Part shown: piece by piece, positions 40,091-52,228 of the stretch
Position numbering within the stretch: the stretch's first letter is position 1
How the letters are laid out: each line of letters opens with the position of its first letter
Assembly: GCF_036321535.1 (NCBI RefSeq)
Contig: NC_087437.1
Location: forward strand, 82,152,001 to 82,216,000
Direction: 5' to 3'
Source of the DNA: Camelus dromedarius
Taxonomy: Eukaryota
DNA: 64,000 nucleotides
The notes under the pieces: generated by a model
The model's database searches: none
What the model was told of the DNA's origin: nothing
The model's input: only the letters and a program-made list of their open reading frames with translations
Position numbers and translations under genes: made by a program

Positions 40091-41078
40091 TTATTAAACA
40101 TGTGTACATGAATGTAGGCTCTCAGGCTTTTAATTTAATTACTTGGGTGTTTTTATTTATTTTTTATTTTTCTTACTTGATGGCATTTTCTCCAGTTTCT
40201 CTTTGGGAATAATACCCCAAGTTAGGTAGGATCTGGGCAGAATCGTGTAGATCCTCTGACTTTCCTACACCCCTGCCTAATGCATAAGGTCCAAAATAAA
40301 ACAGAAGCAAGGGATGCTCAGTGACCTCAACCTGAACACACTTGCCAGGCTTTCAGGGAGGTGGGTATGCACTTGCCATCCCTGAAGAATGACAGGTTAT
40401 AAGCTGACATAAGGAGGATAATGTTCAGCTTGCTGAAGTTTCGAAGCACTTCAGTTTCACTACTAATATAAAGTGAAAGATGCTCTTCAATTGGATGTGG
40501 AATTGAACTAATGACTTGTGCCATCTCCAGCCTTAAGGACCTGGTTATTGTCCTCAGGCCAGCACAGCTCTACCCCTCAGTGTCAGCAGTGGTGTGAGCA
40601 GCAAGGTTAATTTTGTGTGTGTGTGTGTGTGTTTGTGTTTGTGTAATTTTGTGACTGATCATTTCCCTTTTCAGTTGTCTGATAGAAAGATCTGGGCCCC
40701 ATCCATGGCCTGCCTCTAGTAACTGTTTAGCCTGTCACAATGCATCTTTGATGTACACCCTTTATACTCTATTTCACTTGTTTACCTTTAGTTCCTCTGT
40801 AAGTCATCTTTTTTACTTGTTTTTAATCTATCTTGTCTTACTGCATTATCTGCATCATTGTAAGCTGATCCAAATCCTTTTGGAAAAAGGAAAGCTAAAC
40901 ATTTAAAAAACACATTATGTAAATAAATCCAAGGCATTGATCATTCAACAAGATTGGTGCAAATCCTGGCAGCTCCCTTCTGTAAATTTACCTCTCTTCC
41001 TTGATACTTCATATGAGAATATCCTTTTGCAGTGATCCCACGAAAACACAGTATTACTGTGTTTATTATAAATAGTAT

Positions 41079-41084
<6 letters not shown>

Positions 41085-41127
<43 letters not shown>
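41085..41127. repeat. (TA)n microsatellite
   Basis: Seen directly in the sequence. Confidence 0.95.
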
Positions 41128-41134
<7 letters not shown>

Positions 41135-44100
41135 GTATTATAAACAGTGAAGTTTATATACCTTTCTTAAGTAGTTACTAAACCTGCCATTGCAGAGGTG
41201 TAAAGGTTGGGTCTGAATTAATTATTTAGAAATGACATGAAAATATGCACATTAAGGTGACTGAATTGAGATAATTTGTGTTCTATAGAAAAGGCAGCCA
41301 ACAAACTCCAGATTTACCAGTTGCAACCAGCCAAAGAGTTGGAACTGTGTATCATGGACAAATATAAAGGACATTTGGTAAGAGCTAAAGGCCATCAGTC
41401 TGAAAATGTGTTTAGAGTTTTGGAGTTCTAACCCTAGAATTCTGACACTGGAATTCCACCAGGGTTTGGCAGTTTTTCTCCAGTTTTCCTTGGAGGAGTG
41501 ACCATATCAGGTATGATTGAGCACCTTGTGTTTTAGAAAATGACTCTCAACTTCTACCTCTCCTTTGCTGGATTCTAGGTAAGGAAAAAAAAAAAGAGAG
41601 AGAGAGAGAGAGAGAAACAAAACCACCCTGCAAACCAAGCTGGTTTTTCACTGAGAAAATTTCCCCTGCTCTTTCAAATAAGATCATGTTAGGAAAATGG
41701 AAGACCTGAACTGAAAATTAACATCCTTTCTGACTGTCAAGAGTTCACACTCTTAGTATTTTTCCAGGACTGAGGAGGGCATGTGCAAACACAAACCTGT
41801 GTGGTATTTGAGGGGTGGGATTGGTTGGACAAGACTACGTTGCCTTTTTGCTTTTCTGTAATGTGTACGTAGACTACGTATTTTTCCTGACCTAGCAGTA
41901 ATTTATTTACCTGTCACTCAGGTCACTGTAGTTGTGATTAAGGGCCATACAAGTTGGACTTTTTCCTAAAATGCCTAAGATATTTATGAAAACATAGAAG
42001 AGAAAGAGATACAAAATATAATGTGTGCTGACAAAAAATATAGTGACATTTTAAAACAAGTACTATTAATTGTAGAAGATGTTAAAATTGGGTGAATTGA
42101 ATAAGTAAATATTCATCTTTTACTTTGTTCGTTATGACCCCAAAAGGGTCACACCTGGGGGCAGGAGTTTATTCCCCCAAATCAAAACAAACTTTTCCTG
42201 CTTCTTAAAAAAAAAGTGAGATTTGACTTCTTCCAATTTTTGGAACATAAACCTTGTTCTTTATTTGCAGACTCTTATGTAAATCAAGTGTTTTGCCTTG
42301 TATTACAGTTTTCTCAACCACTACGGTGATAGATATCTCTCTTGGGGCTTTTATAAAAAGGCCATCATATGAGCTTTTCCCAGCATGCAAATAATTCAAG
42401 TACAAAGAAAGGGAGGGAAATAAATAAAATAAAGCAATGTGCAGCCCTTTCTTCTGAACTTTCTTACTGTCCTTAAATTAAGGGGAAGGCAGCATGCAAA
42501 TTGGAGTAGAGAAAGAATACAAGAAACCCTCCTTTTATTACTGGTAAGAGTTCCCAATGGCGTAAATCAGTAGTCAGGAGCTCAGAACATAGATTACCTA
42601 TAGAAATGATGGAGATCGGGCTCCGGGCTGGTCCTCTGAGACCCACTTAATTCATAACAGAGGCTCCATAAATTTGTTAAATGAATAAGTATGCTCTCAC
42701 AGTGAGTCAGTACAAGAACTCCCTTGGGATTCTAACGGGAAACCAGGTTTTGGAATCAAATAACTCTACCATTAGCTTGTTTTGTGGGGGCCAGAGGCAG
42801 AGTAATATGTGGATAAAGTTGTCATCTGTTCAGGCCTGCCTGTCACATCTGAAAGATGGCATCCCTCCTGCATGCCTGGCTAGGCAACTCTCCCACCTTC
42901 CAGTGTCTTCTTTCCCCGACTCCCAGATGCCTAATACCTCCTTGCTGTCCTAAGCTGCCTCCTGAGTACCTTGCCTTGGACTTGAACTCTTTTAATAGGA
43001 TCCATGTTCAGTTCCCTGGCTCAGTTTTTCTTCTTTCAATTAAAACTCTTGCTCTATGGGTGTAGGGACCTTCCAGCTGGGTGAGAGGAGGAAAGCCCTT
43101 TCACACTCCTAGCAGTGTGTGGATGCACATTACAAGATTCAAATGGGGAGTGCAGAAGTGTAATAACAGGAAGGGAAATGACCCAGGTTGTTCACAATCT
43201 GGAGGGCTCAGCGAGAGAGCCAAAGAGATATGACTGGCAGGAGGGAGGGAGGAAGTGAGTGCTGAAGCAGGCCAGAGCTGCCCAGAAGCATAGCCCAAGA
43301 TTGCTCTCAGAAGCAGGGGCGGCTGTTATTAACTACTATCTGCATTTTCCTCCTTTTTAATATAAAATATATAAGCCTTGTCCTTTGACAAGTTTTCAAT
43401 TCTTTAAGTGTAGGAATACCCTATATCTAGTCACTTCTTAACCTTTCCCTTCAGTGTTAAGGCTCTCTCTAGATTGTCTTTGAGCTAAACTGGGTTTTGG
43501 TTGTTTGGTGAGATTCATGTGTTTGACTCAACAATCTCTTAAAAAATGAAAGAGAAAAGCCACCATGCTTCAAGTATAATGTTTATTACATGATTACTTA
43601 TACATGTGTCACTACATTTTTACGTAATTATTTATGTAGTCATTTTACATAATTATGTAAAACAGATGACTTCTTAGCTAATATTGTAAGTTCTAACTGT
43701 GAAAGTTCTAAAACTCTGGCATATTGTAGGAGTTATGCTATGAATTTAATTATGTTTCTTTGTATTCAGAGATGGTGTTGAAAAGATTTAATGGTGATAG
43801 CTTTCTATTTGAAGTTTTGGCATCTGGGTGTTTAATTTTTAAGAGAATTCTAGAGGAAAATTGACTTGATTATAATAAAATTTTTGTGGAGGATTTCTTT
43901 ACAGGTTTTAAATAATTTGAGAAACCCAAGATGTCTGGGAATGAAGGTTGAGAATCACCGATAAGTAATATCAACCAAGTGATCACAAAAGGGAATTTCA
44001 GTCCTTTCCATGTTGCCCTTGACTCTGCACTATGCAGGCAAGGAAATCTGCAAGGCCCGCTTCCAGTATTGCAGTTGACAGCCTAGGCACCTGCTACAAA

Positions 44101-47100
44101 GTTACTATTATGTTCTACTACTAACTCCTATATTTCTGACTTACACATCTCTAAAAAAAAGTTGACATAGCTGGGTACCTCTGATTCATTGTCTGCAAAG
44201 TGCAATACAGTCCATGAGATAATTGAAATGGAATGAAGCGAAATGATGCTTCTTCTCCCAGTTAGGACTACCCCTAGTGCCCCAGCCAAAGATGTCTGCA
44301 TAAATTTTTCTTGCCTCAGCCTTTGACATCTTTCTTGAGAAGTGAGAATGTAGAGGTTAAAAGCATGACCTCTGTGGAGCCAACTTGCCTGGGCTGTTAC
44401 CCAGGTTTTGCTGTTTACCATCTGTGTGATCTCTCTGTCTCAGTTTTGTCATGTGCAAATGGAAAATTGTACAAATCTCATAACTCATGATACGTAAGTG
44501 AATGAATACAGGCATCTGTCTTTGCCTCTTTAAAGTCTAATCTAAACTAATCTAATCTAGTCTAAACATAGCAGCCAAAGTGATTTGTTTAAAACATGAG
44601 TCAGATTCTATCACTCTTCTACTCAACACTTTCATAGAATCCCCATCTCTGTTACTGTGAAAAACGAGGGTCCTGATGGTGGTTTACAAGGATCTGCATG
44701 GAGCCCTCTGGCTTTAGCTTCTACCATTCTTTCTCTTGCTTACTAAACTCTGGTCCCACTGGCTTTCTTGCTGTTCTTGAAACACACCAAAGATACTCCC
44801 TGTTTAGGACATTTGCACCTGCTGTTCCCTTTGCTTGAAACGCTCTTCCCTAGAAATCTTCACAGCTCACTCGTTTGTTTCCTTTGGGTCTTTGCTTGAA
44901 TGTGACCTTTACACTGGGACCTTCCTTGACCACATCTATAAAAAAGTAACTCCAGGTTCTAATTCAAGATGGTGCTATAGAAAGACCCTGAACTTACCTC
45001 CTCCTAAGACATACTGAGTCTACAACTACATATAGAACAGTTTCCTCTGAAAAAAATCTAAAGACTTGCTGAGTGACAACTACATGTTGGGCAAATGAGA
45101 AGAAAACCACATCAAAGCAGATAGGAGAGATTGGGACCTACCTTTCCATAAACGCCAACCCTGGCACAGTGACCCACAGTTGGGAGGAAACTCAAAACCC
45201 AGAGCTTCTCCCTGAGGAGTGAAGGGTTCAGATCCCACGACAGGCACCCCAGTGTTTAAGACAGGTACTTGAGAGATGATCCCCCAAACCATCTAATTAA
45301 AAAAAAAAAAACAAAAAAAAACAGGGCTTGCATCCTGAGACCCACAGGATGGTAGTAGTGATCTGTAAGATAGCTCTTAAAGGGCCAGTACACTCTGACT
45401 CACCTACCCCAGGGCCCAGCTCAGAAGTAGCTGATCATGCCCAGACTTAAAGTAAAGAAAACTCATCTGCTATATGAAAACTCACATTTCTAGGAGCCTG
45501 CTAAAACACTTTCTGTGGACAGAGATGGGCAGATGCCATTTTCACACTCTCCTTTTGCCATGCTCCAGAGCATCAGTATCTCCCAGAAGGGAGCCTTTAC
45601 ATATGTCTGGTGCCCCAATTCTTGTGCTGCAGCCCAAGGGGTTTCTCCTGATTTCTCAGCTCTGGAGGTCAGGAGAGCTTATGTTCCTGGTCACATGGGA
45701 TCATAATAATTGGTATTACCCAGAAAAGAGCTCATACCCCTATCTCGCACCCTGAGTTTTGTGACTGCTGCCAGTGACACCTTTACATCACCTGACTCTG
45801 GTGGCCAGTGGGTCCCACAGGATTGTAACCAGTGGAGAAAGAGATCTTAAATAGCTACCACTCTCAGGGCACAGCAAGAGGTACCACACATAGGAACTCT
45901 TTCTGTGAAGGAGCTCTGTCAGCTAATTTTCACGACTGTGGCTAGAGATGCAGGCTTCTAGTTAAACATGCATCTAGGGGCTGACTGTAATGCTTTCCAG
46001 AGATCTTGGAGGATGGGTGCTATCGTCACTCTCACTGTTTGCTGTGCTCCAGAGTGCCAGTGTCCCCTGAAGGGGAGATTTACATGTGTCTGGCCCCTGA
46101 TTTTTGCAGCTGACACCCAGGGGACACTCCTTGATCACCTGACTCTGGTAGTTGGGAGAACTCGCATTCCAGGGTCCCAAGGGATTGTGGCAATTGAAGG
46201 AACAATTCTTGGTGGGCTGGAACCCCCAAGGCACAGCTCAGACAGCAGACTGAGGCGCACTTTTCAATCTCTCTGTGAAAGATGCCACTTTTCTTGTCCT
46301 GGAGCTTCAGCCTGAGGGGCAGGCTTTGGGTTGGTCACATATTTAGTGGGCCTATGGAGCTGCTCTCAAGGAAGGAAGGTTGTGGATGCCATGTTGGCAC
46401 TCTCCCCCTTCCTTGCTCCAGCTCACCGGTATCTCCCAGAAAGGAGCCTATACACTCACCTGGAGTGTGATTTTTGTGATTGCAGCCCAGGGGACACCTC
46501 CAGATCGCATGGCTCCAGTGGCCAGCAGGGCTTATGCTTGTGGCCTCTCAGGACAGTATATATTAGTATATTTTTAAAAGCAGCAGCCTGAGGGCCTGAC
46601 TTCCTTCCTGTCAGCCTGAATCTAGATGTTGAGATCTTCCCCTTTGAGAAACCAAAAGATCTTGGCACATTTTCAGCTACTGGGAGCTATTTTTTAAAAA
46701 ATATATTAGGCTGCTTGACAAGCACGGATATTTGAGAGATGACCAGGAACTGGGGCAGAGTTGAAAAAAATAACTCATCTTCTATACGAGGCCACTCTTT
46801 CAAGACTGGGAAAGGCGCTTGTTTCATCTACTGGAGAGAAACCAGTACAGAGTCAAGCAAAATGAAGGAATAGAGGAATATATTCCAAATGGAAGAACAA
46901 GATAAAACCTCGGAAAAAAACTTAATGAAATAGAGATAAGTAATCTACCTGATAGAGTCACAAGTAATGATCATAAAGATTCTCACCAAATTGGGGAAAA
47001 GAATCAATGAAGACAGTGAGAACTTCAACAAAGAGATGGAAAATATAAGAAAGTACCAAACAAAACTCACAGAGCTGAAGAATACAATAAATGAACTGAA

Positions 47101-47933
47101 AAATACACTAAAGGTGTACAACAGCAAACTAGATGAAGCAGAAGAAAGGGTCAGTCAGCTCAAGCACAAGGCAGTGGAACTCAACCTATCGGAGCAGCAA
47201 AAAAAAAGAAGAAAGATAGAAAAAAAGGTGAAGATAGGTTCAGGGCTTATGGGGCAACAATAAACAGAACACATTTGCATTAAAGTGTTCCTAGAAAGAG
47301 AAGAGAAAAGGGGGCAGAAATCTTACTTGAAAAAGTAATGGCTGAATTTTCTCCTTTCTTGAATGATTTTCTTCCTTAACTTGGGGAAGGAAACAGACGT
47401 CCAGATCCAGGAAGCCCAGAGAGTTCCAAATAAAATGAGCCCAAAGAGACCCACAACAATACACATTATAATTAAAATATCAACAGTTAAAGACAAGGAG
47501 AGAATATTAAAAGCAGCAAGAGAAACACAATTTTTATATACAAGGGAACCCCCAAAAGGCTATCAACAGATTTTTCAGCACAAAATTTGCAGACCTGAAG
47601 GTAATGGCATGATATATTCGAAGTGCTTTAAAAAAAAAACAAAAACAAAAAACCCTTAAAATCAAGAATACTTTACCTGGAAAAGTTATTCAGAATTGAA
47701 GGAGCAATAAAGAGTTTTCCAGATAAGCAAAAGCTAAAGAGTTCATCACCACTAAACTGGCCTTACAAAAACTATTAAAGGGACTCCTCAAGCTGAAAAC
47801 AAAGGGTGCTAATTAGTAACAAGAACATATGAAAGAATAAATCTCACTGGAAAAGTAAATATATAGTAAAGGCACTGAATTAATTACTTATAAAAGCTAA
47901 TATAATCATAGTAAAATGACTATGATTGTAATA

Positions 47934-48444
47934 AAGGCATACCTTATTTTATTGTGTTTTACACTATTGTGCTTCACAGATACTGCCTTTTTCTTTCTTT
48001 CTTTTTTTTTTTTTTTTAACAAATTGAAAGTTTGTGGCAACCCTGTGTTGAGCAAGTCTGTTGGCACCATTTTCCAACAGCGTTTGTTCGCTTCATGTCT
48101 CTCTCACATCTTGGTGATTCTCACAATATTTTAAAGTTTTTCATTCTTATTATTTGACAATGTGATCTTTGATCAGTGAGCTTTGTTGTTACTGTTGCAA
48201 AAAGATTACAACTTGCTGAAGTTTTAGATGATGGTTAGCATTTTTTAGCAACAGTATTTTTAAAGTAAGATATGTACATTATGTTTTAAAGACAATACTA
48301 TTGCACACTATGGACTATAACATAGTGTAAACATAACTTTTATATACACTGGGAAACCAGAAAATTTGTGTAACTCAGTTTATTGTGATATTCACTTTAT
48401 TGTGTTGGTCTGGAACTGACTACAATATCTTTGAGGTATGTCTG
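47934..48444 (+). mobile_element. Internally deleted Tigger1 nested in the L1 inter-ORF region
   Basis: Ends aggcatacct.. and ..gaggtatgtctg, with Tigger1 text aaattgaaagtttgtggcaaccctg. Confidence 0.85.
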
Positions 48445-49444
48445 AAATTATGGGATACACAAGATTAAAAAATGTAAAGTGTGACATCAAAAACATGAAA
48501 TATGGGGTGGAGGAGAATAAAAATATTGAACTTTAAAGTAGGATAAAACTTAAGTTATCAACTTAAAATAGATTGCTATATGATATGTTGTTACATATAA
48601 GCCTCATAATAACCACAAAGCAAAAACATGTAATAAATACACAAAGGCTAAAGAGAAAGGAATATAAGCATACCACTAAAGAAAGTCATCAAACCACAAA
48701 GGAAGACAGCATGAGAAGAAGAAACAGAGAGGAACTACAAAACAGCTAGAAAACAATGAACAAAATGGCAATCAGCACACACCTATCAATAATTACTTTA
48801 AATGTAAATAAACTAAAGTCTTTAATCAAAAGACATAGAGTGACTGAATGAATAAGAAAATGACACCTATACACTGCCTATAAGAGACTCATTTTAGATG
48901 TAAGGACACACAGACTGAAAGTGAAAGCATGGAAAAGATATCCCATGCAAATGGAAACAAAGAAAGCTGAAGTAGCCATAATTATATTAGACAAAAAGAC
49001 TTTAAAACAAAGCTAGTAATAAGAGATAAAGAAGGATATTATATAGTGATAAAGGGGTCAATCCGACAAGAAGATATAACATTTGTAAAAATTTACACAC
49101 CCAACATAAATATAAAAAGTAAATATTAACAACTTTAATTGGAGAATTAGATACCAATACAATAATAGTAGGGGACTTTAATACTCCACTTACATCCCTG
49201 GATAGATCATCCAGGCAGAAAATCAATAAGGAAACATTTACCTTAAACAACAGGTTAGACAGATGGACTTAACAGATATTTACAGAACATTCCAACCGAA
49301 AGCAACAGAATACATATACTTAAGGGCACAGGAAACATTTTCCAAGATAGATCACATGTTAGGCCACAAAACAAATCTTAATACATTCAAGATGATTGAA
49401 ATTATATCAGTAATCTTTTCCAGTAACAATGGTGTGAAACTAGA

Positions 49445-49559
49445 CATTTTAAAGATTTATTTATTTTAAAATTTAATTATCCTTTAATCACTTCATCTCT
49501 TTTTTAACACAATTTTTAAAGGTTATACTCTATTTACAGTTATAAAATATTGGCTATGT
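49445..49559 (-). mobile_element. Short antisense retroelement tail inserted in L1 ORF2
   Basis: T-rich insert flanked by a 10-bp TSD tgaaactaga. Confidence 0.7.
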
Positions 49560-51812
49560 TGAAACTAGAAATTAATTACATGAAAAATACTAGAAAATTC
49601 ATAAATATGTAGAGATTACCAACATGTTACTGAACAACTAATGGGTCAAAGAAGAATTCAAATGAGAAATCAAAAAATTCCTTGAGACAAACAAAAATAG
49701 AAATGTAACATGCCAAAAGTTATGGGATTCAGAAAAAGTAGTTATAAGAGGGAAGTTCATAGCAGTAAATGCCTATTTCAAGAAACAAAAATAGTCTTAA
49801 ATAGATAACCTAACTTTATGCTTCAAGGAGCTAGAAAAATAAAAACAAATGAAGCTCAAAGTTAGTAGGAGGGGGGAAATAACACACATTAAATCTAAGA
49901 GGAAGGAAATAACAAACATTACAGCAGAAACAAAAAAAAAATAGAGATTAAAAAGACAATAGAACTGATCAATAAAACTAAGAGCTAGTTCTTTGAAAAC
50001 ATAAACAAGATTGACAAACCTTTAGCTAGACTCACCAAGAAAAAAGTATCATCTCTCTCAGAGTGTTTGAATTTTAAGCTAGAATACTAGGGGTAGAATG
50101 GTGCTTAACCTGATGCTCAGAATCCCTGATGATGGAAGCTGTTGGTGTGTGGTAAGATTGGGGAGGTAGACAGAGAAAGTCTTTCCATCATGCTTGAAAT
50201 GACATTGTGTGGAGACTTCTTTGGCCCATGCATAAGAAGTGGCTTAGACCACCTCATCCTTCACTTCCGTTTCACTCCTTCTGAACAACAAACGTATGAG
50301 AGGCCAGAGGACAATAATGGACCCCAGTAACACAACAGTGCTTTCCATTTAATGCTTTCATTCTTTCATGTAAAACTGGTGCAGTGAAAAGAGCATAAGG
50401 TTGTGAGTTAGAAGTCTTGGCCCTGCCTGAAATTAAGAAATATTAGTATTTCACTGCAAAGGGCCTTAGCCACACATGCATGAGCTATGATCGCTCACAG
50501 TCTTTCAGATCTAACATAAATGATTTCTAGAGTTCCATAATTAGGTGTAAGTTGATAGCTGAGTTTTTATTTTAAGGGAGGGAGGGTGGGGTGTGCGTAT
50601 GTTTTTGTAGATGTTATTGTTTATGGTGTCATGGGATTTGGAAGTGGAATAAGAAAGGATCTGGGCAATTGAAGAATAATGCTTAAACTTCTACTTAAAG
50701 AGGGCAACATTGAGAGGACAATCTGTATCACTTCTGCTTCCTCAGTGTGTCTAATTTCCTGTTCTGTACTATAGAGGGTAGGGTTCCCAAAAGTTAAGGA
50801 GAATGAAGATCTTCTAGGGTATGTGTTGAATTGTACTGACAGCGAAACATTCTACTGCCAAAGGATATGCTTGTCTTTTTCTGTTTAAGAGAAATCTCGC
50901 TCATCAAGTCTAAGGGTAAAGCTTTCTAAGGGAAAGTTTGTACTGTGTCCACCCATATTATGTTTGGCTCTGGTCAGCACCATTATTTTTCTCCTTTTAT
51001 GTTTAAAGGGGGTGAAATTTGCAAGCAGCAAGGAAAATACAAGTACAAGGTCTTTCGCTATATATGTGTTTTGTGAAAAGTAAATTGAAACCAAATGAAC
51101 TCAAGGCTGATATTTTGCTTAATAGACTAAACTAAAAATGAGCTTCATTTCCCAGTACCCTCAGCCAGTGCCTGGCTATGGTTTTAGATGCTCTCCAGTG
51201 AGCTTGTCCACTGGTCCTTAGGGAGGAAAAGAGACTTGTACTGTTGTCTGAATATTCCTCTTGTTTTGCCTCTCTTCTTTTCAACAAGTTCCTTTTGAAC
51301 TTAGGAAGCCAATGCAAAATCATGAAGCTATGGGGAAAAGAGTGAGGAAAACTACACCTGGGAATATACTAGAACTTTCTAAGTGTAAGCCAGAAAACCC
51401 ACATGCTGCAGACATGGAACTTTCCTCAAGTAAACAAGTGGGAATCCAGATGCTCCATTCACATAGTGCTAGGAGTGTGCGCACACACGTGCACATAACC
51501 CTGAGGATGCCTCAGCAGAGTGGCTTGGTAGTGACAGTGTGTCTAAGTCTCGGCCTCTCAGACTTCATCATCAGCTGGTTTAAGGACATTAAAAAAGTCA
51601 TATTTTCTCTCAAGGATTTGGTAAAGCTGAGGGAAAAATAGAGAAAAGGCAGCTCAATGGATGTGGCAGAATTAAGAGTATTCCTCCTGATTCTGTCTTT
51701 GGTGGGTTGGAAGTTAAGGCTAGTAAATGGGGAAGGTGAGATTTAAGGACTTCTCTCCTACAGTAGGAAGTGGTGAGAAACATGCTGCTCTCCAGAAGTG
51801 TGACCTCTCACA

Positions 51813-51814
<2 letters not shown>

Positions 51815-51851
<37 letters not shown>
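51815..51851. repeat. (TG)n microsatellite
   Basis: Seen directly; explains the CV/HT-repeat ORFs here. Confidence 0.95.
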
Positions 51852-51852
<1 letters not shown>

Positions 51853-52039
51853 ACTGGAGAAGAGTCAGGGTGTGCGGCCGTGCTCTGCATGGGCAGCATG
51901 GCATCAGCACCCTGCGAGCCCCAAGGGAGAGGTCTGAGTGTCTGTACCTGTCCCATCTCTGTCAGTATGAGCTGCAGGGCCTGCAGCAGCCTCAATCTGG
52001 GCCTCAACTTTGCTGCAAAAGTGAGGGATTTTGATACCA

Positions 52040-52228
52040 TGCTCTCTAAGGTTCTCGTGTGCTCTTGCACCTTGATTCCCAGAGCAACAGCATCTGCATC
52101 ACTTGGGAGCGTGTTAGAAATTCAGTCTGGGAGGCCTCATTCCAGACTAAGTGCATCAGAATCTATCTTTTCACAATACCCCCAGATGATTCATGTGCAC
52201 ATGAACATTTCTGGGAGGCATTGCTCTA
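52040..52228. mobile_element. MER5-like hAT element (similar copies at about 38580-38700 and 57690-57810)
   Basis: gcatcacttgggagcgtgttagaaat..atcagaatct..cccagatgattc. Confidence 0.7.

Larger units (their letters stand above)
44950..50045 (+). mobile_element. Old L1: 5'UTR, decayed ORF1 (about 46860-47790) and 5' part of ORF2 (about 48760-50045); 3'-truncated
   Basis: ORF1 peptides ENFNKEMENIRKYQ..LDEAEERVSQL and QIQEAQRVPNKM..KERILKAARE. Endonuclease peptide MDLTDIYRTF..FSKIDHMLGHK. It follows an L2 fragment (about 44560-44945). Confidence 0.92.

Noticed and set aside
43643..43662. 20-bp palindrome ttttacataattatgtaaaa
   Set aside because: It lies in AT-rich low-complexity sequence with no supporting context.
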